A stretch of DNA of 64,000 bases from the human T2T-CHM13v2.0 reference genome, Homo sapiens. The translations under genes and the position numbers were made by a program. Under the pieces are notes generated by a model. The model saw only the letters and a list, made by a program, of their open reading frames with translations, was not told the DNA's origin and ran no database searches. The DNA lies in the NCBI RefSeq assembly GCF_009914755.1, contig NC_060935.1. The stretch is one strand, 5' to 3'. Positions 1 through 16,583 of the stretch are shown here, one piece after another. Within the stretch, counting starts at the first letter, position 1, and every line of letters begins with the position of its first letter.

Positions 1-851
1 TGTGATAATCAGAAGCTATAAGAGAACTTTCGGAGCCTGCCTCCTTCAGTGACAAGTAGGGCACAAAATTCTAGAAGCAGAAGGTTTTTTTTTTTTTTTT
101 TCCTCCATTCTGAAAATAGCAGGACATTTACCTCTTAAATAAACTTAGCATTTAGAGGTAATTCTAAATTTAACAAGTGACAGGGTTGGTTTCAAAGAAA
201 AAGGTCCATGCTTTGCTTACAATGGAGTCTGCAGTGAGGGGAGATGCTGGGATAGCCATTTCCATGGCTCTGTTATGCAAGCACAAATTTCATCTCCTAG
301 ATGGACTTCCTGGTTTTCTCTTACTGCAGTAACACTGGCCTTCCCTTCTCTAATTCCTTACCCCAGCTGCGGCATCCCTGTGTTAACTCAGGATGCCAAG
401 TGGCCCTCAGATTACACTTCTCCAGATAGCTGAATGAGTCTGCTTTCACTGTGACTGGGACCTGAATGACCTGCAGTCAGGGCCCAGAGTTGGGACTCTA
501 TACTACCCTGGGCTCTGGTCTGTAGGTTTGTAGTAGCCACCGGTAATAAGCCAAGGGCTAGGCTCTTGTTTGAGTTTATGGCCACCTGGAATTTTCAGTC
601 ATCTCATGATACCTCATGATACAGGCGGGAGGGGCAGAACAGATAGATTACGACAGGTTTGGTTTTTAAATTTTCCAACCAAGTGGAAAGGCAAGTTGGT
701 CTTATAGAAAGCACTACTGCACTTAGTAGCTATGTGATTTTGAGCAAACCACATAATCTCTCTAGGTCCATTTTCCTAACCACAAGATAAAGATGTTACA
801 TTGTCAAAGCTTGCCGTAGGATTTGGGGTGAATGAAAATTATTCCTTGCTT

Positions 852-899
852 TCATCACTACCTTTATAGCTCTCATCACTACCTTTATAGCTCATCACT
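852..899. repeat. Short tandem duplication, ~2.4 copies of tcatcactacctttatagc
   Basis: Copies at 852-870 and 873-891, with a partial copy at 892-899. Confidence 0.9.
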
Positions 900-1238
900 G
901 TGCCTTTTTTTCTTTCCTAAGAAAGACATCACATCCCTCTCCTCTCCTCCTCTGTGCTCCTGTCCCTCCCTCCCCCTAGCAAGGTCCAGGCAAAGCTGGA
1001 GATGAGGCTGAGATCCAGAGTTTCCTAGAACGCAACTTAGGATGGCTAGGAAAGGGAAGCCTGACTGCTCGGTCAGGAGGGTGCAGTATCTCTTGCTGGG
1101 AACACAGCCAGTTTTCACAATGCCTAGACTGTGTATGTCTATTTGCACAAGATTGTCTTTTCCTATTTTGGAGTGGTCAGACATTTTATTTTTGTTCAAG
1201 ATTATCTGGCGTTTTAGACAAATTTGCAAAACTGTGCT

Positions 1239-1244
1239 TTTATT
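1239..1244 (-). terminator. Candidate RIC3 distal poly(A) signal
   Basis: tttatt on the plus strand reads AATAAA on the minus strand. Confidence 0.6.
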
Positions 1245-1253
1245 GACTTTTTG

Positions 1254-1259
1254 AATAAA
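1254..1259 (+). terminator. Candidate plus-strand (TUB) poly(A) signal
   Basis: AATAAA followed about 20-40 nt later by U/GU-rich tgtatttatttattggtatgtg. Confidence 0.6.
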
Positions 1260-2629
1260 CTTTGGTATTCTGGAGCAAATGTATTTATTTATTGGTATGT
1301 GCAATGACAAACTTGGTATTTTCCCATGTTGACATTATGTATGTTGTAGAATTTAGTGTTTGTCTAAGTACACACATATATCAACAAATTAAACTTGAAT
1401 CGTTTCAACACTTCTGTGTACTTTTTTCATAAAGGGGAAAAAAGCCCTGTTTACTTCCTAATTTTTTTCTATACCTTTCATTCATTGTTTCCTAGGAGCC
1501 TCAGGTGGGTAAGTAGGTGATAATAGCAAAGAGATCATAACCTCACCAATGACATGTGGGTCAACACTGTCCTTCCTCTGGCCTGTGCCTTTCAAGTTTA
1601 AGGTTCATCAGAACCACACCCAGAGGCTGGAAAAATGGTGAAGTCAGAAGGTACTTAAGTTAGAGCAGTTCTCTTCAGGGTCTGCTGTGCCGCCTGAAGG
1701 GGCTGGTGGTTCCTCAGTATCCCCTGTGGGCCTGGCCTTAGGAAGAGAACAGGGCTGTAGAGATGAAAAAGGTATAAAAGACCCAACCACTTGATGTCTC
1801 AGGGCTTGCTTGGACCCTAACCCATTTAAACAGGACCTCGAGATGCTTAGGAATCTTTTTTGTTGCCGGGCAGCTGTGGCAGATTTGAAGGCAAAAGGAA
1901 GGGAGGCTACAGTTGTAGCTAGAAGCAGACATGAAAGCTAATGGTCTGACCCAGACAAGAGGTTATAACTAAAGGCACCCGGAGACTGCAGAAGGGCCCT
2001 GGGCCACTCCTGGCAATCAGGGTAGCCTTAGAGGGTGTCAGGTGTGACATCTCAGCAACACTGGACTTGACAGAGTGGTGACAGGGATCATGCTGTCACC
2101 AAGCACCTACCACATGCTTTGCCCTGGCACAGACACTTTATAAACAGCATCTTATTTAATCCAAACAGCCCTGTAAATAGAGCATTATTCCCAATTCATG
2201 GGGAAACTGGTTCTCTGAGAGGTTAAGGAATGACCTAAGAGGAGAAATTTGGGCTATTTTCTTTGTATAAAAAAAGGGAAATAAAGGAAAAGGAAGCACA
2301 TTTTAGAAAAGTCAATGGTCAAGGCAAAGTCATAAATGTGTTCATGTTTTTTCTCAATATTGCTGAATAGCTAAAGCACTAAATTTTTCTTTGGAATACA
2401 AATAGTCCAGATTGAAGAGAACTTTGAGAGTGTGGTAATAATTCGGGTTTGTTTATTCCCCCAGATCTAGAGTTCTGATGTGACCAAGAGCATTTCCTAC
2501 CTGAACCATGGCCTATCTCCTGTGGCCTCTGCCTCTGGTGGGAAATAGCGCATACAGGATATTCTAAAAAGGAAAGAGGGTTTTGTTTGTTTAGTCATCA
2601 GGTTCAAAAATCTTAAATGGCTATAGACA

Positions 2630-2745
2630 GGGGTGACCCTATGTCCAGGACAGTCTTAGTTTATGCCTATCACCTTGGCATAATTATATTAAAGCTCCCT
2701 TTTTCCAAAGTGTTTGAATTTGGACCTTAAGTTATTTGATCACCC
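2630..2745 (-). mobile_element. MER94-like hAT-Blackjack MITE in the RIC3 3' UTR
   Basis: Terminal inverted repeats gggtgacc...gatcaccc; the interior resembles the reverse-complemented MER94 consensus as I recall it. Confidence 0.65.
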
Positions 2746-5700
2746 AAGCCATATAAGGTGCATTGTATGGTTCTCAAAGGCCGTTGATTCTACAGGCCAA
2801 ATACACCTCCACTCCTCATCACAACTCCCTGGGTCCAGCTTCTGGAGCTAGTCATGGAGATAATGGTTTCTTTGTGCTCCTGTTGTGACCAGGAAAGGGG
2901 ATCTCCTGGCTGCACCACCCACCTGATTTACCAAGAGTGATCCCAGATTATGCAGTTGTTTTGTGAGCTAACTGTCCATAAAGGTATGACTTGTGTACTC
3001 TGCCACAGTGCCAAAAGGCCAGGGGACTGATCAAGTTCCCAGCACCCTCGTCAGAAATGAAGACCGCAAGAAAAGAGACAGCAGCCCTGGCAACAAAAAC
3101 CGGACCCATGATTTTGTCATCCTGGGTTGTATATACACATATAACTGTCATCCCCAAAGGATAAAATAATTCTGGAAAATCCAAAAAGAATTTTCTAAAT
3201 CCTAAATAACTGAAAGGTACATCCAAATGTCTGATATATAAATACACAAATATATTCCTTATATATAAACCAACCAAGAGCTAGGGCAGGAAGAACCACC
3301 ATAAGGGCTTAGTACTTCTGGCAGGAATTTCCATAAGCCAATTTTCCCCAAAGACCAACAACACTTTACATAACAGCCTCACCAAAATACTTGAACATCC
3401 ATGTATTTTCACACCCTACTGCTTTTTTCAACAACTCTTTCTGCCAAGAGTGTCCTCTCTTCTTTGCCTACCTGAAGAAGTTCTTTGCATGCCTCAAGGC
3501 CCACCTCCCAAGAAACTGTGAAGTTTCTTGGCAATACTTTAGCAAAAACAATTTATCTTTCCTGTAGTTTTGGGCCCATGTCTGAATTACAGCATAGCCC
3601 TTATAATAAAAACATAATTACCACTTAATGAGTGGTTATCATGTATGAGCTAGAACCAATGCTGTTTTACACACACTGATGATTTCATTTAACCAGGACC
3701 TTTAATACCCCTCCCTTTACTACCCTGAAGCCAAAGCTCAGACCAGTTAAGGAGCTGACCCAAGATTCCACAGCTAGAAAATGCAGGGACAGATCATGGC
3801 TCATGTTTCTCTGCCTGCAGGATTCACGATCCTGAGCCCTCTTACAGGGTCATAGTTCATTTTATCTGTCAGGCTCTCTCTCGTCACACTGAGTTTTCTG
3901 AGGGTAGAGATTGAGCCTCTGTTCCTAGCACCTGGCACTGAGCAATTGACTGCTAAATGAATGAATGAGCTAGAAGAGAACAGCAGTATTTATCTCTAAT
4001 AAGGGAATCCTATCCTAAGGCCAAAAGTAAACCTGAGCCAGGAACCCAGGGCTCTCCTCATGAATCAACCCCTCACAGTGAACGAAGGGAAATAACACAG
4101 AAAACAATTTATCTAAACAGTAAAGAGCACCTGTTATTTTTCACCTTTCGTGTACAATACATCTAGATTGCATTCAGTATATTTTAAACTGCATTCTTCA
4201 CAATGTGAATCAAATGTTCTACACAGAGATAGATGCAATATGCTTTCTATAAACTCAGTCTTGAATGACTTTCTGTAACTCAATTAACAATAAATGCCTA
4301 GTAGTAGCTGACAGATTATCTTAATATGATCCCATACCTTCTAACAGCAGTCTGTATGCTGATGTATAATTTTAAACTGTTTTCCTGGCACCTTATTCAT
4401 GCCAAGCATAATGTAACTCTAAAAGCCATATCTACCTTTACATAATGTCTTAATTTTCCAGTCTTCTACATTTCATGACTGGGAATGTCTTTGGGAATGT
4501 GCCCTCTTCGAACTCTCAGGTCTTACATGTAAACTGAATTCACACATACCTCATGATGTAATTCATGGGTGCTATCTTGTCTCAAGAAGACACACGTCAG
4601 ATGCAGTAAGGAGAAAAGGCCTTTAGTTTGGTCAAAATCCTCCCAGTCTTAATCTAGTTGCTGCTACTTTCCCCAGCTCTCTCAAAAAGACCCAAATATC
4701 CGAGTATGGAACACATGGTCTCTACCCCTGGGCACTGCTATATTGGTTCTCTGCAACAGACATACTCCAACTTCCCTCTTGAGTTGGCACTTTGTATACA
4801 AGATCAGTCCTCATTTGTTTCAATTTATGGTTCTGAGAAGAAATTTCTCAAAGGGTGCAACATTCAGAAACAGCTTTAGGTAAGGACTGTCCATAAGCAC
4901 ACAGATTCTCTCCCCTATTGCTGGCTTCCTGGCCTTCTGAGCTCCTCATGGCAGGAGCAGAATTCACAATCTTGAGCCCTCTTATAGGGTTGCAGCCTCC
5001 TCATGGCAGGACCATCCCTGGGCAGGGCTTCCTGCAGCTTCAATGGCCTCAAGTCTTGACTCTGCAGGGCAGGGTCTAAAGTCTCTATCTAAAGCTTCCT
5101 CTGTCCACTGAAAACCAGGAGTGCAAAGGTACTTCTGGGCTTGGCAGTTCTGTTAAGCAGAACAGGGGTAAAGGAAGCTAGATATCCAGGTAGTATCAGA
5201 GTAAAACAGTCCCCAAACAAGCCTCTGGGCTCATTCTCAGATCAGTGGGAGTCTTCCCTACTCTGGAGAAAAGAGGATGTCTGAGGCAGCATCAATGTTC
5301 CTAGGAAGACCCTCGCTGCGAGGAAGAGGCTTCAGCTTAGACAGCAGAGTCTTACCCTCCTCTGGGCCCATTAGCCCCACAAACAAAATGTTCTCTTCTC
5401 ACCAGGGGACTACTAACCTGCTCAAGGCCCAAAGAATAAGGGATCTTGGAGTCTGAAATCTTCATTCTTGCAACCTTAAGTCCTCATCATCTGTAAGCTG
5501 ATGTTCGTTCACAGGTGAACTATCTGTTACACCTACCAGGAAGAGTCAGACCTTTGCCCCTGAGTGGTCCCATCTGTAATTACAATAGACCAAACATAAT
5601 TACTTAATGGATCAACTTCTCTGATAGAGGAAAGGCAGGAAGAGAAAGAGCGAAGCTGTCCTGTGTTCACACTAATGTCCGTGTTTTACAAGGTGACAGG

Positions 5701-5863
5701 TGTGTGAGCACCAGGAAGGATACATGATATCCATGATAGTGGCCTGATAGCTATGACACTTGAACACAGTGAAGAAAGTGCAGGGCACAGGGCCAAGAAG
5801 GAAATCTGAGGAGAGAGAGGTCACCTTGGGACTTGAGTAATGGATACTTCAGACTGGCTGTTT

Positions 5864-6303
5864 TCACTCTAAACCCTGGGGGTTACGCTTCCTCAGCATG
5901 CTGCCTGTATATGCTTTATTGGTGCTGATGCCCAACCCTTCATCTTTAAAGTCTTGGGACCACTCTTCTTTGGTGGTTTCCTCTTGCTCAGGGTAGCTAT
6001 CTGCACTGAATCCAGCATTCTCTGCCAAGACAGCAGGATCCTCGTCTTCATGAAAACAGCAGGAACATGTTTCTGGCTTTGGATCACACGAGGTAACAGA
6101 ATTATCTTCCTGGGCTCTGGGGTCAGTGGGCAGACTTTCCCAACCCAAATGATCTGATTCTTCCTCTTCTATCATTCCCATTCTTTCAGCTATTTCTTCA
6201 GCAGAAAGTTCTTTTGGGTCAGGGTAATCCACCAAGATTGTTTCTTGCCTACGCTTGATACAGTCTGAAAGGTCATAAATTGGGTAAGTCTCTTCAGGGT
6301 AAC
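5864..6303 (-). CDS. RIC3: RIC3 last coding exon (exon 6, 440 coding nt): acidic C-terminal tail
   Basis: Acceptor ctctctag|GT. Translates GYPEETYPIYDLSDC...MLRKRNPQGLE followed by TGA at 5864-5866. Phase 1 in, matching exon 5. Confidence 0.97.
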
Positions 6304-7432
6304 CTAGAGAGAAAAGTAGCACAAAGTATTACAAAGAATGTCTCCTCAAAAAAAAAAAAATAGTGTCAGGTTCAAAGAGGATTCTCAGGCAGCAGCCATC
6401 CTATCCTAACAAATCCATTCAAGACATCTCTAAGATTCCAACAGTTCTAAAGTTTTACTTGAGCAAATTCTTAGCAATCTGGCTATCCCAGTGCTCTTTG
6501 AAATACAAACTAATTCAGATGAAAATCCCTTCTTATGTGTAGGGTGCTTGGGGCAGAGTTAAGTCTTATACCACGTGTTTTTGCAGTACTGATGAAGATT
6601 AAACAAACAACATGAGCCTTTAGTTAAAACAAAAAAAGCATCAAAACCAGACAGAGACAGCACAGCTCCAGGCTAATGTTTATAATTTCTATTTGGAACA
6701 ATTTCCAAATCTTCCTTGGTGGAGTGGGGAGAGGAAAGGAATGCTAAGCTCTTTGAAAAATACACCATGAAGCTTTCTATTTATCCAAACAATTGAAATG
6801 GCTTGCAAGTGTCAAAAATAGAGAGCACTTTAGCAAGGCATGCCCAAGATCCCGAAAGGACAAGCACTGCATTTTCGGAAGACAGAATTCCTGTTGTTGG
6901 CTTCTTCATCTTCACAAAATGGAACAAAAGAAAACAACAAACTGGCAAACAAAATGAGTAACACTGGTACTGAATCCCAGCTAGGATAATGAGAAAAGAG
7001 AAACTGTTGCCAAATTACCAAACTAAATGAAATAAATCCGTGTCCGCCAAGCAAGCCTGAGCAGCAGATGGGCCGTGCTGGAGCTCACACACCAGTACTG
7101 GCACCAGCGGCCGTAATCACGATACAGTGCAGAAAGCTGGAGGATTCAGAACCCATTTGCCCATTATGATAATTGGCAAATTCAACCCTAACGTAAACCA
7201 TTTTTTGCCTACAACTGTGACAAATAAGTCTTTTTTGGTGCAATGTAGGGTGTGTGTGGAGACATTTCTACATTTACTGCTTTTTCTGACTATAAAAATC
7301 ATACAGACTCATTTGTAGAAAATTTGAAAAAAATACAGGCTAGTTTAAAAAAGAAAACACAAATCACCCATAATATCTTCACTCATAATAATTTGCTTTT
7401 TTCTGGTCTTTTTTTAACCGTATATACACATA

Positions 7433-7807
<375 letters not shown>

Positions 7808-9482
7808 TAAAAGGTTATATCCTGATGTTTTTCAATTCAACATTATATCATGAGCATCTCTCCATGTCATTAGGCATTTGAAAGTTGGTTGCAAAATATC
7901 TCATCATATAGCTACATAACTGACATGATTTACTAGTCCTCTTTTCTAGGACATTTAGATTCTTTCCAATTTTCCCCTATTATAAGTAGTATACAAGTTA
8001 AGATTTCTTAATATAAATCTATGTCCACTTCCCTAGTTCTTTAAGATAGACTTCTATAAATATGAAAACTAGACCAAAGGGAATGGACATTATAAAAGCC
8101 TTTTTTATACTGTGCCAAATTACTTTCCAGAAGAGTGGTATAAATTTTCAATCCTACCAGTGATATAAAGACTGTCCATCTTATGACACCCTCACCAGCA
8201 CTCACAGTAGTATGTTAAGAATTTTGCCAATGCAGTCTTTATTCCAAGGCTTAACTTACTGCGGATGGAATGCTAGGTAAAGTGGAGCTTAGCTAACCCA
8301 AGACCCTCAGCCACCATGGTCAAGGATAGGATCTGGAGAAGCTGCTTGCTAGTCAGCTCCCAGCCACTGAATGCTTAAAAGAAGTCCATTTGCTGGCATG
8401 TCCCTGTCTTCCCACACTTAGAACAAAGCTTATCTTTGAATTTTCATGACTATCTGCTTTAAGAGGGAAGGTCACCCAGACTCAGGCTCTCAGCCTACCC
8501 CAACACCAGGCCTCAGTCCAGCTCTGCATCCCTAGTCATAATGCCTGCACCCACAGACCCAGCCTCCATGCTGGCCCCTGCAGATACAGACTCCGGGCCC
8601 ACCCAGCATCAGGCCAGCAACTATGGCCCCAGAATCCAGTCCCACCCTAGGTTCCAGACAAAACCAGAGCCAGGTCTGCCCACATAGCCCAGTGCCAAAT
8701 TGGCACCCCAATGGCACCCAAATTGGAGCCTGCAGACACAGGCTCCAGGCCTGCCCAGTGCCAGGCTAGTCTCTATGACCACCCCCACCTTCAGGTTGGC
8801 CCCTGCATTCCCACAATCCAGCAGACCCTGGGTCTAGCCCAACCCAGTAGACCCCAGCATTGGGCCGGCCCTCAGAACCCCAGGACTGCCCCTATGGACC
8901 TAGGTTCTAGGCTGAGGCCTGTGGCCCCAGGACCCAAGCCAGCCCTAATGAACCTAGCCTTCAGACACATCCATCAGACTCAGCCTCCAGGCCCATTTCA
9001 GTGGACCCGGGCACCAGGTTCATCCTAGCACCTGGCCAATCTCTGAAGACCCAGGCTCAAGGCCCAGTCCAGCCCCAGGTCAGCCCTTGTGGACCTAGGC
9101 TTTGGGATAGCCTCTCTGCACAAGATACAAGCACCAGGTCCATGCCTGAGGATCCAATCAACAGGTACACCCCAGTGGATCCAGGCTTCAACCCCAACCC
9201 CACGGACTCAACACCAGGCCACCCTGCCTAAGGACTCTACCAGCAAGTCTACCTGCAGATCACACCAAATGGCCTACCCAGAATCTCTGGGCAGGCTGAC
9301 TGGTGAATGGCTTTTCCGGACAAAGCCAGAATGCAAAAACCATTCACCAGCAAAAGTCCCTGCTTCTTCAAATGCACAGATACCAATGCATAGCCATGAG
9401 GATCAAGAACAATCAAGGAAACATGTTGCCACCAATGAACAAAATAAAGCACCAGGAACAGACTCTAAAGAAATGAAGATAC

Positions 9483-9841
<359 letters not shown>

Positions 9842-10686
9842 TTAAGGAAACTCAGCGAACTTCAAGAAAATACAGAGAAACAATTAAAGGAAACCAGGAA
9901 AACAATAAATAACTAAAACAAAAAATTTACGAGAGATTGAAATTATATTAAAAAAATCAAACAGAAATTCTACAGCTGAAAAATACGAGAATTGAAATGA
10001 AAAATGCAATAGAGAGTATCAACAGCAGAACTGATTGAGCAAAAGAATGAACCTTTGAATCTAAAGACAGATTATTTGACAATATACAGTTGGATGAGAA
10101 AAAAAGAATGAAAAGAAAGCAAGCTTATGGGATTTATGGGAACTGGAGTTCAAGAAGGAGGAGACAGACACAAAGGGATAGAAAGCTTAAAGAAATAATA
10201 GCAGAAAACTATACAAATCTGGGGAAAGTCATAAATATCTGGGTACAAGAAGGTCAAAAGTCTCCAATCAGACTGAACTCAAGTAAGACTATATCAAGAA
10301 GTATTATAATCAAACTATCAAAAATCAAAGACAGAGAGGATGCTGGAAGCAGCAAAAGAAAAAAAGTACATCACATTATAAGGGAGTTCTAACAGATTTA
10401 TCAGCAGAAACCTTAAAGGCCAGAAAAGAGTGGGATAATATATTCAAAATGCTTACGGAAAACAAAAACAAAAACAAAAAAAAAAAAGGTCAACCAAGAA
10501 TATTGTAGTTGGCAAAGCTCTCCTTCAGAAATGAGGAAAAAACAAAGACTCTGCCAGACAAAAGCTGAAGGAGCTTATCCCCACAAGATCTATCTTATAA
10601 AAAATGCTCAAGGGTGTTCTTCAAGTAGAGAGCAAGGGACACTATTCAGTAACACAAATATACATATATATATATATGAAAGTATA

Positions 10687-10991
<305 letters not shown>

Positions 10992-12144
10992 CTACAGATT
11001 TAATACAATCCCTATCAAAATTTCAATGACAATTTTCACAGAAATAGAAGAAACAATTCTAAAATTCATATGGAACCACAAAAGACCCCAAATGGCCAAA
11101 GCAATTGTGAACAAAAAGAACAAAGCCAGAGGCATCACAGTACCTGATTCCCAAATCTACTACAAAGCTATAGTAATCAAAACAGTATGTTACTGGCATA
11201 AAAACAGACACACAGACTGATGGAACAGAATAAAAGCCCAGAAATAAATCCACATATTTATGGTCAATTTTTTTAAACAAAGATGCCAAAAAATAAAACA
11301 CACACACAGGTCAAAGGACAAACACAAAAAGGTCAAAGGACAATCTCTTCAATAAATGGTGTGGGGAAACTAGATATCCACATGCAAAACAGTGAAATTA
11401 GACCCTCATCTCACACCTCACATTTACAAAAATCAACTCAAAATGCACTGAAGACTTAAACATAAGACCTGAAGCTGTAAAACTACTAGAAGAAAACCTA
11501 GGGAAAAAGCTCCATGACATTGGTCTGGACAATGATATTTTTGGATATGACACCAAAAGCCCATGCAACAAAAGTGAAAATAGACAAATGGGATTACTGA
11601 AAGTTTCTGTACAGCAAAGGAAACAACAGTAAAGAGACAATCTATGTAATGGGAGAAAATATTTGCAAACCATATATTTGATAATGGGTTAATATGCAAA
11701 ATATATAAGGAACTCAACTCCACAGCAAAAGAAAACCCAATTTAAAAATGGGCAAAGGATATAAATAGACACTTCTCAAGAGAAGACAGAAAAATAGTCA
11801 ACAGGCATATGAGAAAGTGCTCAACATCATTAAACATTCAAGAAATGAAAATTTAAACCACAATATCACCACATCTGTTAGAATGGCTATTATCAAAAAG
11901 ACAAAAGGCAATAATAAGTGTCAGCAAGGATGTAGAGAAAAGGGAACCCTTATATACTATTGCTGGGAATGTAAACTAGTACAGTCACTATGGAAAACAG
12001 TATACTGGCTCCTCAACAAATTAAAAATAGAACTATCATATGATCCAGTAATCCCACTACTGGATATATATCCAAAAGATAAGAAATCAGTATGTCAAAA
12101 AGATATCTGCACTCCCATGTTCACTGCAGCATTATTCACAATAG

Positions 12145-12555
<411 letters not shown>

Positions 12556-13097
12556 TGACAACCTAGATGAACTTGGAGGACATTATGTTAACTGAAATAA
12601 GCCAGGCACAGAAAGACAGATACAGCGTGATTTCACTTACATATGGAGTGTAAAAAGGTCAAGCTCATTAAGAAAATAAAATGGTGGTTATCAGAAGCTA
12701 GGGGGATCAGGGAAATGCTAGTCAAAGGACATAAAATTTCAGCTGGATAGGAGGAATAAATAAGTTCAAGAGATCTATTATACATTATATAGACTATAGT
12801 TAATAACAGTATGTTGTATATTTGAAAATTGCTAACAGAGTACATTTTAAGTGTTCTCACCACAAAAATCCTTAAGTATGTGAGGTAATGTGTATGTTAA
12901 ATAGCTTGATTTAGCCATTTCACAGTGTATACATATATCAAAACATCAATATATATAATTTTATGTATTAATTAAAATAAATAATTTTCTTTTTAAAAGA
13001 GGAAGAGGCCCACTGAGGAAAATCAAATAATAACTCATAAAACTGCTGAGGTAGCCTATGTAAGCCATCATTACTGGTTACTCAAAAACATCATTAA

Positions 13098-13405
<308 letters not shown>

Positions 13406-13735
13406 TCATTAAAAATATAAGCAAGCAACAAAAATTCACTGCTCCTATGAGGAAACCAGCAGTTCAAAATGAGGGAACAAAACTAACCAAAACAAACAAT
13501 GCCAATAGTCTCTAATAAAATAGTTAGTGCAGGAGATAAAGGCGTTAACATCAACCAATTTATGATTGATATTCCTAATAATATTCAAGAAGATACTGCA
13601 TTGATAAAACCTAGCCAGGCTTCAATTTAAAAAGGTAGCAAACAAGAAATAAAAAGGAGCTATTGAATAGAAAGCCATAATTGTAAAAAAAAAAAAAAAA
13701 AAAAATTAATGCTCAGGCAAGAAAACAGCAGATTG

Positions 13736-14040
13736 GGCTGGGCGCAGTGGCTCACGCCTGTAATCCTAACAGTTTGGGAGGCTTAGGCAGTTGGATCACC
13801 TGAGGTCAAGAGTTCGAGACCAGCCTGACCAACATGGCAAAACCCTGTCTCTACTAAAAATACAAAAAAAATTAGCCAGGAGTGATGGCGGGCACCTGTA
13901 GTCCCAGCTACTTAGGAGGCTGAAGCATGAGAATCACTTGAACCCAGGCAGCGAAGGTTGCAGTGAGCTGAGATCACACCATTGCACTCTAGCCTGGGAG
14001 ACGGAGTGAGACTCCATCTCAAAAAAAAAAAAGAAAAAAT
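13736..14040 (+). mobile_element. AluS
   Basis: Full Alu; TSD aaaa(c/t)agcagattg. Confidence 0.95.
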
Positions 14041-14345
14041 AGCAGATTGAAATGGACATGGCTGAAAACCAAATTAGTATATTAAAAGTCCAAGTTGAGG
14101 AATTCTCCCAGCACAAAGATAAAATGATAAAGAAATGGAAATTATGAGGAAAAAAGATAAGCTACATGGCAAACTATCAACAATATCCAATCTCAGAATT
14201 ACTGGAATTCTAGAATGAGAGAACAAAATAAGGTAAATGGGAACAATAATCAAAGAGATTATAAAAGAAAATACCCTTTAGCTGAAGAAAGCCTTGAGTC
14301 TTCAGATGGGAAGGACTCGCTAAATGCTTGGCAAAAATACTATGA

Positions 14346-15835
<1,490 letters not shown>

Positions 15836-16583
15836 GACACCAATACCCCAAATATAATTTAAAAAAAAAAGAAAGAAAATAAAACAAATTTCCAGACAGA
15901 AAACAAACAAGCTACCTAACTAAAAACAGGTAACCTATTGAGAAAAAGAAGCAGACCAGGATAAGATTTCTCATTTTCAATATCAAATTAAAGTAGAGAA
16001 TGAAGCAATATTTTCAAACTTTTTAGGGAAAATGGCATAATCAACGATTTTATACCCAGCCAAACAATTTGTGTACAGGTGAAAAATATGTACAGATATC
16101 CAAGTATTCAGTACACAATACTATATGGGAAAAATATAAAGGTATTCTTGACAAATACAAAAATTAGTCAAAATTTAAATTCAAGAAAGATGATGCTATA
16201 TATGAGACAGTGGTTAAGAATGAAATCTGTAAGAATTATCAACATAAAATAAGTATTGATAATGTGGCCTAGGAATTTAATGCTGCCGTTAAGAAATGAC
16301 ACTTAAAACAGAAAAGGTTAATATCTTTAAAAATTAATATCACTTGTAGTTAAAATTCCATATAATTTCAACAAAACCTAAAAGGTAGGTAGAGGGGGAA
16401 CAACGAAAACTGCAATTTGGAGGAAAAACTGAATTTCATTTCATTAATTACTTGTGAGATTAAAATACTTTTTTATATGTTTCATAGCTGGTTGCATTTT
16501 TTTCTCTTTGTGAACTGCTTATCTGTAAGGATATCAGTGTTTTCTAAATTAGTTCTAGAACTTTTTAATATATTAAATATATC

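Larger units (their letters stand above)
1..1410 (+). other. TUB: Distal 3' UTR of the convergent plus-strand gene, most likely TUB
   Basis: Plus-strand AATAAA at 1254-1259 and ATTAAA at 1388-1393, with U/GU-rich flanks. Gene identity rests on recalled TUB/RIC3 tail-to-tail order; no TUB coding sequence is in the window. Confidence 0.6.
1220..5863 (-). other. RIC3: RIC3 long 3' UTR (distal end approximate)
   Basis: Follows the stop codon. Minus-strand AATAAA at 1239-1244, plus others at 1284-1293, 1185-1190 and 2452-2457. Alu- and L1-free, unlike the introns. Confidence 0.7.

Noticed and set aside
885-1310. 141-aa minus-strand ORF
   Set aside because: Lies across the UTR/poly(A) region, starts at a non-ATG codon, and has no recognisable homology or splice support.
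7035-7125. Small CpG-containing patch with CTCF/E-box-like gcagcagatgggc
   Set aside because: Partial motif match only, too short for an island, and not supportable without ChIP data.
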